Source of the DNA: Zancudomyces culisetae HAW-14-8
Taxonomy: Eukaryota; Fungi; Kickxellomycota
Assembly (NCBI GenBank): GCA_052426225.1
Contig: JBNJNM010000012.1
Location: 2,046,001-2,110,000 of the forward strand
Length of the DNA stretch: 64,000 nucleotides
Direction of reading: 5' to 3'
Shown: positions 31,608-44,302 of the stretch, in pieces
How the letters are laid out: every line of letters starts with the position of its first letter
Position numbering within the stretch: position 1 is the stretch's first letter
Translations under genes and position numbers: made by a program
Notes under the pieces: model-generated
Databases searched by the model: none
What the model saw: the letters and a program-made list of their open reading frames with translations, nothing else
What the model was told of the DNA's origin: nothing

Positions 31608-34410
31608 TTTTCATAAATTCAATTTTGAATCCTTGTTGATTTTTTTTGGGAGGGGATATCTTTTTTTAGATAATTCCTCAGATTATTTTATCTTCGGGGT
31701 ATAATGCAATGAAGGTAAGGAAACTGGTACTTGTATATAAAAATCAAATATTACTATAGTTTGGTATATTGGGCTTTTCGTCCCATTTCTTTTGATGAAA
31801 CAAAGCCGGCTTTTGTTTTGTTTTGTTTTGCTTAAAGTGTGAATTATGCAAATCTCGTTAGAAGCATTCATTATTATTATTCGCTGAAGTTGTGTTAATT
31901 ATGAAACAGATCTAAATTACTGAAAAACTCCGAGCTGCCTAATTGGCTCTCAAATTCTAACAGTTAAAAACGCTATGATCACCTTTTCGTTCATCACTTT
32001 GGCCGAAATAAAATGAGAATGGGAGTATGAATACTAGAGAATAAGAGGTTATTAGACACATTAAGCAAAAAAGGCAGTGTACTCAAAATATCACCAAAGT
32101 ATCATAGGCTTTTTGGGTTAAAAACGACATTCAATACGTATCTATAAAAATGCAATTGATATTGAATGCCTTCACCTGTGCGCCAATTTTACTCTTATGT
32201 TTGTATTAACTGGAATTTCATATATTAATACTTCAAATAGGTTTATATCCGAAGCAAAAAATAAAATAAAATAAAAAACTAGACCATATGTTGGTGTGTA
32301 TTTGGGTCCCCGGGTTGGGAAAAAGGGAGAATGAATACCGATTTTATTTTTTATTTTACTCTATTTTTTGAAATTATATCTAATTGTTTTAAACCCCTTT
32401 AGAATAAAAATAGGATGGGGTTTATTAATGGTAGATCACATATATATTCATTATCTGCTTACTATTTTAATTGATTTTTTACCCTGTCATGTAGATCATT
32501 ATGGCTGTCGAAGAATTAAAGGAAAGAAAGTCACGAGATTATGGAATGATCATGTGGATATCCAATGCGCGTGATACATTTTTACCGCTACATTTTTACA
32601 TTTGGTTGTTTAGCTCCAGAATTGAAGAAAGGAGAGCAGGTGATAAAGTTATTTTATAAAATACAACATATTTGTTTCCCATATTCAAAAGCACAATGCT
32701 CTTTCACACTCGTATTTCCCCGAGGTAAAACAAAATGCTGGAGGGTTTATTTTTTTCATTTCAACCAGATATTGTGAATATCTTATTAACGAAGATAACA
32801 AGCATAATGTTATTGTAAAAGCAAAGTTTTGTTTCTTATTTTTAATATCCAACTATTTTTAGGTATCTAGAAAATCAAAATGTAAATGTAAATGAAAATG
32901 TAAATAGCAGGTTTCCATGAGCCTGGAAAGGATTCCACAATGGCTTTAGGTTCAAACTTTGACCATATGACTTTGTACAAGAAATAATAAACAAGTTGAG
33001 AACCACATGTCAATGTAAATGAGTGTGGAGTGTGTTAACTATAAAAGTAAACCACACCAATTTCATCACTAGTTGTTTTTCTAGATGACAAGAATACAAC
33101 GATTAATGTTTATCATGTTATTTAAATAATTTTTTTTGAGCATGATTTTATTGAAATGAGGTGAATGAGGGTGGGTGGTGAAGGGGGTGCGAGAAGTAGG
33201 AGAAAGGGGAGAGAAGGCTTTTTGAAATATAAGTAAATATTGGTAAATGGCATTTCTATCATATTGAATGCCATTTTGTTGGTGAGTGAATAAAAAAGCT
33301 ATAATATATTTTATGACTGATCTTTGGTTAAATCATGGTCAGAGTTTCAAGTGAATTTTAACTGCCAAAAAAATAAATCATTTTTAGTAGCAAAAAAATT
33401 GACTGTGACAATAATAACAATAACAATAATAACAATAATATAGAAATAGCAAGGAAAATCAAGTGTTGTATTCTCCAATATTTTAATCTATTATGTACAA
33501 AATGTAGATTTCCACCAAGCTTTTAGTTTTGAAATGTTGATAATCCATTTATATGAATAATTTGTATTCAATTTATTTTTTATATGTTTGATTGTAATAT
33601 GTCTAGAACATCAAATCTGTTGTTAGAGAGGGTGACTGGTGTAGTATAAAAAAAATGAATAAGCGAAAATATACATAATGCAAAAGAAAATGGGTAAACA
33701 AAATCATTGGGTTATTAATGGTAACCATTAAGGATAGGCAAAAAATGTAAATATACGAATGGATTGCTTTGGTTGTTACCACATATTAATTCCATATCAG
33801 TCGCCATTTCATTTACATTAGCTTTAATAGTAACATTCAAGTATGCAAGCTGGGTTGCCAATGTTTTGTAGGTGAATACACTTGTGAAATGAACAAAAGA
33901 GTGTAAAAATAAAAAGTCATACAACACATCACTTATTCTTTAAACTATTTTTTCGACCGTAATTCTTTTTTCATTATGTAATATTGAGTATAATGAGATG
34001 AGCAAATGATGTATTCGCGATATAATTTTTTTACTAGTAATTCACAAGCATTAAACAAAAAAAAAAGTATTTACGTGTCAGATGACATTAATACCTTTTG
34101 ATCTTGTAGATTTTATAGACCAGTTGGCATTAGACTAGTGATGATGTGAGAGTTGTTAGGCGGAGTGGGGAGTAGGGAGGGGGAAAGATGAAGTGGAATA
34201 ACACCTTTTTCCCGGGAAAAGCAGGTTTAAAGAAAAACTACCATAAAAAAAAGTAGAAAGCTATACCAAAATGGGATTAGTATAAACTAGAGCAAACCAG
34301 CTTGTAGGATGTAATATGTACCTGATTCAAAGGGAAAAAAATAAAAATGTATAGAGTGGAGGAGGGGATGATTTGGGAATATTTGGGTTATACAAGGTAA
34401 ATCATGTTCA

Positions 34411-34466
34411 ATGTGAGATTGTGTGAGATGTGAGATTGTGTGAGATGTGAGATTGTGTGAGATGTG
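34411..34466 (+). repeat. Perfect tandem minisatellite, 17-bp unit ATGTGAGATTGTGTGAG x3.3
   Basis: Three exact copies plus ATGTG, read directly from the sequence. Confidence 0.9.
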
Positions 34467-35619
34467 TGGTTTATCAGTGTTTAGATGGTTGAAAATATTG
34501 GCATTTGACCAGTTTATTGTTTTTTGTCTGTTTAAAGAAATAGCCATTCCCAACATTTAATCTAAAAAATAAAGAGGCATGTATTATATTGTATTGTATT
34601 TTCTATCTTATAATTTGAAGGGTAATATAAAATTACAGGCAAAATAAAAGAATATTTCTCTAGTATTACTGCAAAATGAGATATGTGTAAAATGAGGTGG
34701 TTTGGGGAGAAAGAGTTGTTGTGTTTTGCATGTTTTTTTCTTTTTGAAATGTACGTATTTTCTTTTTTAGGATGAACTCATTAATCCACAAATGCTTAAT
34801 CTGTGGACAATAATATTTTTGTGTTGCGAAAATTCAACAGGTTGGATATATCACCAAGGAAAAAAGAAAAAGAATAGGAGTAAGATTATGAAAAAGTGTG
34901 ATTCATTGCCTGAAATGAAAGAATAAGTTTCTGTAGTGAAAACAAAAAAGAGAGAGAAAAACAAAACGTCGATGAAAATCATTGAAATTTAATTTGCAGA
35001 AGCCATAAAAATTTGAATAGAATAAGAGCGAAAAGGGAGTGTCAAGGAAAATAAACATCTCGAATTTATCTAATTATCAATCTTGTATGAATGTTCTTCA
35101 AAGAACTCAAGCTGCGCAAAAAAAAAAAAAGTACCCAAAGTGAGACCATGATTAAAAATAAATGACATATTTTTGGTAGAATTCTATGCTTTGTTGACCC
35201 AATCTTTAACTGCAAGCAAAAAAATTTTTAATTTCCATTATATAGGAATTTAGGGGGGAAAAAAAAATAATGCTAGGAAAAAGTAAGCCAAGTAATGAAA
35301 GGACCGAGCTTGGCTTACGTTGATGTCATTGGGCTATTAAATCCATTTTGTGCACGCTTTTGATAATATTTGTAAATGTCATGAGGTTAAAAATAAGCTT
35401 GTACTTAAATACAGTCAACTAGCCAAAGCAAAAAGATAAAAGGGTTCACAATTAAAAGCAAGTGGGAAACTAACTCAAAAGATTCACATTAAAATAAATT
35501 AAATCTAAAAGTAGGATTTGGAAAACAAGTGAAAGCGGAATTTTAAAGTCGAAAGCAAAAGTAAAAACAAGAACGGAAAATAAAAGAAAGGGTAGGGCAA
35601 GATAATTTTAAAGAACGGA

Positions 35620-38501
35620 ATGAAAAACAGGTTTATAGTTATTAGGGGATATCTTCCAGGTAAAGAAAATTGATTCGTATATTAAAGTTTGATGAATTCA
35701 ATATATCGAGATTGAGAATGAAGGAAAATTGTTTTTGTTTTAATTTTAATTATAATTTTAATTTAAAAATGTAAATAGATAACTATTACAGTGGTAAGTA
35801 GCAACAGGGAGACTAAATGGTTACTTAGCAAATGTGCTTAATGTGGGTTTTATTGGAGGGGCAGATTAAGGAGGGGAGGGGGAATGAGAAAAAGTTGGCA
35901 AAGTATATTTAAATAAGTTTATATTCACTTTTTGTAAAAAAAATAGATAAAAGGGTATACGAGGCAAGAATTCCCAAGCTACAAAAGAGTCAATATCCAA
36001 ATAAAATAGGCAAGGCAAAATACTAATGAAAACAAAATAATTATACATTTTTTTTAAAAGAAAGGAAAGGAAAGGAATAATGATATAGGTAAAAACTAAC
36101 GAAAAGAATATAATATGAAATAGATTTATATGCAGGTGGGTCAAGATGCTATGCGATAGTATCCAGGAGAGAAAATAACACGGATGTGTTGGGGGACTGG
36201 ATGTTTACGCACAAGTATATAGCAGTAAATGTTATAGGGGTGGAGGCGGGCAATAGGTTCAATGTAGGACCCGAAGATCCTGAATATTTGACAGGAAATG
36301 TAATTGTAGAGTACTTTACGTCAGGAGAAAGAAAGTACGATATGGTGGTGTTTAGACCAGCAAGGTTGAAAGATGAAAGAACAAATTTGATAAATATATC
36401 GAATGGAAAAGGAAGAGGAAGTACAGAGTATCCTAAAGCAAAGACAGCACTATTATGTTCATCAGGAGTGAAGTTGGATGTGGTAGTAAGAAGTATATAT
36501 GTTTACAAAGGCAGTTATGTGAGTCTGACGCACGAAACGTACAGCATTACTGAAGCTAGTGGACATAATAGTATGCACAGAATGGCGAATCCAAGAGTGA
36601 TAGAAAGAGGGAATTCAATACGTAGAAACTATAGTAGAGTATACGCGGACAGAATAGCAGAGAGAAGTCAACACCGGGCAGCGATGTTAAGCGGGTATAG
36701 AGATGCATTAAACATGTCAGCGAATTATGGCAGCGGACATAGTCATGGACATGGAGAAAGATCTCGACTTGGAAGAGTTTTGGATATGCTAGGGCCAAAC
36801 AATCGCGAGCAAACGGAAGCCGAAAGAATGGCGGTGCAATATTCGTATCAGAGCCCAGAAATGAGATTATATCCTCGATCGGCAACAAATAGGTCCAATG
36901 CATCGATAGCCACATCCGTTTTGCCGCAATATGAACCACAAGGCGTCAGTAACCATGAAACTATAGAGCTTTTACCTGATATGTGTGAAGAATCTTTGCT
37001 GGACAATGAAGAGTTGCCGACAGAAGCAATTACTTTTGGTCAAAATACATCACCACCACCACCACCACTACCACCAGCATATTGGGACGTGGTATCAGAA
37101 TCGGAGGATGAGGCCATAGATGAAACAGCAACAATATCAACAACAGTATCAACAACAACAGGAGAAAATAGTTATGGTGATGATGAGGAACGGGGGGATG
37201 AAAATGAGGAAGAAGAAGAAGAAGAAGATGGACCGTTAGAAATGCCTTTTATCGAACCAATTTCTGAGAATCAAATTACTCCACCAATTTTAAGGGTGAA
37301 TTCTCAAATTGCTAGTGATATTAATCAACATAGTGATGATGATATAGAAGAAAGGCAAGATCAATCGAATCTACAAAGGACAGTTATACCAGAACCAGAA
37401 CCAGAATCAGAACAACAAACAGAGACTGGGCCCCGCACAAGATTATTGGAGCAAGGAAGTGTTGATCTACAAACGATGCTGGGTGCCAGGTTGAATCCAT
37501 CACTTCAAGAATTCCTGATTCCAACCACTTACGATGAAGTAATGCAAACCATCCATGGCCCTCGCTTTAGATCACGACCAAATTCTGTTGTTTATGGTGG
37601 CAGTGAAGCTGGAGCTGGTGGATTTTCTTCATATAACAATTCAAGAAATGTTAGTAGAGATTTTGATGATCAACTTGATCAGTTATATGGTAATAACGAA
37701 AATGCACAACCATCTAATAATGGTGATGATGCAGGTGTTGATGATGATGATGGTCGGGCTAGTAGTATTTCGTTGAGATCAAGCAGTACTTCATCCGACA
37801 TTTCCATAAACAAGTCTATAAACAAATTAAACGTTGCTGATCAGGACATTGCTATTACCAGTTCTAAAAAAAGAGTAATGAAAAAGCTACAAAAAACGCT
37901 TGGAAAATTGCCCTTTGGTGAATCAATAGTATCTCATTTATCTCCAAGATCATCCTTTTCCAAAGACATTAAAACCAAGGATAAAGATAAAAGTGATGAT
38001 GATAATGATGATAATGATGATAACGATGGTAACGATGATAACGATGGTAATGGTGGTAATGGTGGTAATGGTGGTGGTTTGAGTAAGCTTAATGAAAATG
38101 GTGTAACTATTACGACTATTGCCAATAACAACATTATTAATAATATAGATGAATTCGATACCAAAAATTTAGATTTGGTATCTGATTCTCAATCCAAACT
38201 CAAGCCATCTCTTACAAATGATAGTCAAAATAGCGACAGTACAAAGTGTTTGGTTAGCAATTCTTCCACAGCTGATAACAATTCCAATCCTAATTCCAAT
38301 CCTAATCCTAATACTAATACCAACACTAACACCAACACTAACACCAATACCAACACCAATACCAACACCAGAATTAACACCACAATTAATCCAAACACCA
38401 ACCCAAACGCTTATTTCAAATTGCATTCACATGAACAAGATGGTCAGGACTCTGTATATCTTTTATTGCCTAGAAAAAAATTTTCTTCAAGATATACCTA
38501 A
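35620..38501 (+). CDS. Hypothetical protein (~810 aa) with a globular N-terminal domain, PY motifs and an acidic/low-complexity tail; exons 35620-35659, 35779-35793, 36124-38501
   Basis: The track ORF starts at a GTG. Upstream, ATG 35620 ...CCAG|GTAAAG, a 15-nt exon TAG|ATAACTATTACAGTG|GTAAGT and a CTAAC...TAG acceptor at 36123 join in frame (MKNRFIVIRGYLPDNYYSDLYAGG...). Contains LPQY and PPAY. Confidence 0.72.
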
Positions 38502-38588
38502 TCTTGTAATTATACCTCCTCCCCTCTCTTTCTCATAAATATATTTTATATATAAGCATTGTTTATTTATATGTTTATATATTCTTCA

Positions 38589-41500
38589 CTAGTTAAATCT
38601 AAAGTTTTTAATAATACTAGTCAAAAAATAGTTAAAGCTAGCAGTATTTAATAAATTTGCAAGTTTAATTAGTTTTTCAAATGAAGACTGTGTTATTGTC
38701 AATACTAACGTGGCAGCAGCCTCACCATCATCACCATCATCATCATCACCATCATCATCATCATTCTTTGTATTACTTGAAATTTTGAGGTAGTTTAAGA
38801 GTTTCAATATATTCACCACCAAAGTTGGAACCACCAAATCATATTTAATTTGATTATTCCTCTCATTACCCAAAATATTCTTGGCAACAATCAACTCGAA
38901 CAGTGAGAGATATTTTACAGCCATAAACGCGTCGTTGTGAGTTATTACCCAATCCACTCCTTCTTGTACAAACTGCTCAAGACAATGCCTACTAGTTTCT
39001 AATATACTCTTTTCCTTTACCTTCTCTTCCACGCCTTTTCCTTCATTGATTCTTTCCTCTTGACTATCCGAATTATAGCTTGGTATTAGCACTAATAATA
39101 GCTTGAGACTAATAAAGGTTTTCAAATACACATCTGCTGCTGCCTCGGTAGCTTCGTTATCTCCACTCGATCCCAATCCCCTTTCCAATCTTTGCATTAA
39201 TACCTCACAGCCTTCGTTGCCATATTCTTTTACACTTTGCAATCGGGCCATGATGTACTCGTAATAAATCTCGACAATCAATTCGTCATTATTATTCTCG
39301 CTACTAGAATCTACACTTCCATTCCTGTATGTTGTGACCATATCCCCATGACAATTAATCAACTTGCTCAGTTTTATACTTTCTCCGCCATTATAATTAC
39401 CATTACCATTACGATTCCCATTTCTATCGCCACTGCAAATACCAAATCCAAACAAGATACAATCCAAAAATCCATATATTCTTTCCATCTTGTGATTTTC
39501 ATTTCCATTTCGTATCAAGAATGACGATAATAGTTGGATATAAACCCGAATCATTTTACACACCAAATATACTTGACACTTTTGTTTCTCAACAATACTA
39601 ATACTATTATTATTATTATTATTGCCAGAATACCCACCATTGCCCATCAATACACTCAAAAGCTGGTATATCTTGAACTCCAAATACTCACAAATATGTG
39701 GCTTGTCCATTTTGCCATCCTCATAATTATTATTATTGCCAATTCCTATCAACTGGATTAATTCAACAATAGTATCAATATCCTGAATTGCAGAGCTTGA
39801 TCCAGATCCAGAGCTAGATCCAGAACTAGAGTTTGTTGAAAAATAATTGGCTGGTAGTTCTGCCGCCAATTCTGTAAATTCCGAGTCTGGCAAAAATCCC
39901 AGTGTACTCAACAGAGGTTCCAAAATGCTTCCAATTTCAAGTCTTGTTATTATATTACTATACTCACTTTCATAATCCATGTCGTCGTGATCATCATCAA
40001 TTCTAACTAGTTGTCTTGAAATCATCTGTGAAACCTTCATTGTACCACTATCACCACTACTGCTAGTATTCTCAGCGTTGGAACTGGAATTGGAATTTGT
40101 ATTTGTATTTGTATTTGTAATTGTAATTGTATTGGAATGGCCAATGTTATCAGAATTTGTCGTACTTATCAAACATTTTTTAATCAAATTTATCACTTTG
40201 ATTACATTCAAATTACTGGTAAGAGTAACTGTGTTCTTTACAAAGTTTCCATTATCGTTACTCTCTCCAAAACCAAAGCCATTCATGATGATTTCACTAT
40301 TGTTGTTTTCATCAACATTAATACATGTGTTGATAATGTCATTGGTGTTAGTATTTGCATTTACTTTATTGATTTTATTGTTGATGGCATCAATGTTTTC
40401 CGCAATGGTTTTAATCATCATCAACTCCAAAATCCTAGGTAAATCAATATGATGTCTTTGGCTCAATTCGTAACATTCATTACTGTTATTACGATTATTC
40501 ATTATCAATTTATCTTTATTACTCTTGTCACTTGTTGGCGGAGATAAATATTGTAGAGGATGAGTAGCATTAGCATTAGGAGTAGGAATGGGAATGGGGA
40601 TGGGAATCAAGAGCATTGCCTTGTTGATAATTTTTTCAAATTCCACATTAATATCCCCAGCCATGTCCTCGTCATCACTATAGTAAATATCCTTGATCAT
40701 ATACATCATGTTTATCATTTGAATAATCACTTGGTACTCAAATTTATCCTCAAAGTTTACTATAAACATGTTTTTAAATGTCAGAAATCCCAAAACTCCA
40801 AATTCATCTCTATCAACAAGTTGACCGTTTCGACCATTTATTATTCCATTTTCATTTCCAATACCACTACCACTACCACTACCATTAACATTAACATTAT
40901 TGCTACTGCTCATTACAGTTGTCAAGATTCGTTTTATTTGTTTTTTGGCTTTTTTGATGTAATACATTTTACCTTGCACAAAGTTACTATTATTACTAAC
41001 ATCTTTACTGTTGTTGTTATTGTTGTTAATATCAATATTGGTAACAATTGAATGTTTGAATTCTTGGATAATTATATTCATCGATTCCACCACCATCAGT
41101 TTTGTAAAGAATATCAGCAGTTGCTTCTTGTAATTTTCAAAATACTTTTTCGCCATATTTTTTTTATTTCTGCTTGTTATTTTTGATGAAGACTGTAAAT
41201 TGGCCACATCAAACAACAAGATCTCTATACCCTTAATGATTTTTAAATATACCATGTACATTTGATGATCCATAAATGCAGCCTTTTCGCCCATATTTCT
41301 ATTTCTATTTGTATTTTCATTTTCATTTTCATCCTTCTTCAAACTACCTACTTGAGCGTTACCATCATCATAACCATCATCACTCATAGTTCTCTCTTTG
41401 TTTTTAAAAGCCCAGACATCTTGGCCAATAAACTCCATAATCGGTTCCATAATCAACCTGTCCATTATTTTGTTTGCCATTACTGGTTTGATAAATTCAT

Positions 41501-44265
41501 ATTTGATACATGCAATCATGTACTCAAAGTTATACTCATAAAACTCAATCTTGCTGGTTTGCAACCCAAATGAGCTTTCTCCAGAATCAGAAAGTGTAGG
41601 TAAATATAGCGATTTGATTTGTGCCTCGTATAGTTCCAATACATTTTCAATTTCCATTGTACCGTTATTGATGTTTATATTAACATTTCCACTTCCACTT
41701 CCATCTTCAATCTGGTCATAATCCCCAGTATTCAACATCAACACTGTCAAATCTGGAACATTGTGGTATTGCTCAATGATTTGTCCCATCAATCGAACCC
41801 CGGCTCTTTTGCACTTTTTGCTATTGTGCAACTTGTACAACATGTACCCACCTGCCACCAACTCTGGAATCAAATTGTACAATAGATCGACGTAATAAAA
41901 ACGACGTCGGTGTTGGTGTTGGTGTTGGTGTTGATGTTGATGTTGATGTTTGGTATTGGATCCAAGAACTGCATCTATCACTGGGTCGACTACTTGTCGC
42001 TTAATACTTGCCATTATTTGTATTAGTAGTTTGGTACACAACACATTGGTATTTAGATTCAGTATATTACTATTACCACTACCACTACCACCACTGTTGT
42101 TATTATTACTATTACTATTACTGCTGTTATTATTATTATTATTATTATTATAGTTTTGATCAAAGTTATAATTGTTAGGTCGAGTTCCCCACTGATATTC
42201 ACTAGTCTTTTTCTTGTTTCGCCAATCGCCATCCGCCTTTTCAGTTATAAAGTTTGTCAATATACTAACCAAATATATTATTTCCAAAACTTTGTTATTA
42301 TTACGATCAGATCCAATGTCAATATTTGGCAGGTAAAAAGTCGGTTGGATCAGCTTGTATTTAATATTCACATTGCAAAACACTGTTCTAAGGTCGTTTC
42401 GTTCTCCATTCATGACTTCGACAATTATCGTATCCAACAATTTTTCTATTGCAATCAACAGATTCTTGTTTTGGTCAGTACTAATACTTTGGTCGCAAAG
42501 GTGGCTATGTAACAACAACACATCGTATACTATATCACTCCATGAAACACCCATTATTGGATACATTCCAGAGATGGTTGTGTAATTACCAACTCTTTCA
42601 AGATACCCCTTTTCTTTAAAGCTCTGGGTAATCGTTTCGGCATACAATCTTATCAGTTCTTCCAACGTAGTTAGTGCCACTAGTTGGATTCCTTTTATTC
42701 CATCCACCAGTATTGTATTGTTACAACTCTCTTCTTTTTGTGGATTTGCTTTAAGAATTGGACATATAATGTGTCGGATAAACACATCCAAATTAAACAT
42801 GTCCATAGCCCTGTTACCATCATCGTATGTTGTGTTTGGGAAAAACATCCGTTGTTGTTGGAACATCAAAATGGCGTGTGATAGTGTCAGTGCTGTTGCA
42901 TCCAAATCTACAATATTTCCGCTTAGTTTTTCTCCTATCGTTGATATCGCAATTCCCATCACCTCTTGTTTATTAGAAGATATCATACTTTCTTCAGCTT
43001 TAGTATCGTTGGTTTGCAAGTTTTGCCGGTTATTTGTTGTTGTTGTTCTTGTTGACTTTGTTTTAGCCTTTCTAGCAGCCATTAACTCTTCTTGTTCAAG
43101 GTCAATCACTCGGGTCATCATTCGCTGACTACCAACGCCTATACTCTGCCCCAACTTCAAAAACTCTCTAATTAACGTACACACTTTTAACCGGGTCTCT
43201 GGCTGGAATTGAATTTCAGGACCCATCACACCAATGACGGAATTCATCAATTTACCCAGCCCATCTCTACTATCAAACCCATCCAAATCTCTCTCACAAC
43301 ACACTTTTGTCCACTCATGCTCCACTCCCATCGACAAATACGTCGAGGCCCCCATTGCTTTTAATGCTGAATCTCCATCCCGCGAATCATACCTATGTGT
43401 TGCACTGTTTGGGTGATGAAACGCCGAGTCTTTTCCCATTGCCACTTTTCTCCCCAATCCTAAAGTCTTTTGTTTACTTTCTGTTCCTGATGTTTTTACA
43501 TTTCCTTTCTTCTGTGCTGATGTTGCTGATATTTTGGCTTGTACATTAGAGTTAGAGTTAGTATTAGTATTAGTGTTAGTGTTAGTGTTAGTGTTATTAT
43601 TAGTATTAGTGTTAGACCTGAAGATACCACCACTATGTTCATAATAAGCAGCACCAATTTTATTCTCATCATCAGCACTCCTTTTCATCTCTTGTGGTGC
43701 CCAACCAGGCAAAACTCTCTTACTACTAACCAACTGAGTCTCTCCAATAAATGGATATAAATGCGAGTCCGATAAATACAACTTGAATGCCATTTTCAGC
43801 GTGATTTGTCCAAACGGATGAAACATAAACCCTGCCGATGACGCTGCCTCAGCTAACGCCCTCATCGCCCATGAATGAACCAATGGATCAGGATCGTTGC
43901 TGAGCGAATGGAGCATCACCACTACACGCTGCAAATACTTTGAGGCTACAATCGAGCCGGCATGCGCATAGATCGATCCCAACGCAAGCGCAGTTCCCGC
44001 CTTTGCAAATCTGTCGCGTGATCTTATGGCCTGATGTGTCAGATGATCCAGCAGCGGTGTCAAGTACTCTCCACTGCTTTTTGTAGAAAGTGCAAGAAGT
44101 CCCAATACCTCACTTGCCACCAATCTGTGCGGATACGATGGGATAATCAATGCCGACCTAGCCACATCACCCATAAATCTAGCCACTGAAATTGGAAACA
44201 GATTTTTCACTGTTTTGGATCCTAACCTATTGGCTCGACCTCTCTTACCACCATTACCATTACCA

Positions 44266-44302
<37 letters not shown>

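Noticed and set aside
34411-34466. Tandem repeat as a CRISPR or telomeric array
   Set aside because: There are no spacers, only three units, the context is eukaryotic, and the position is internal.
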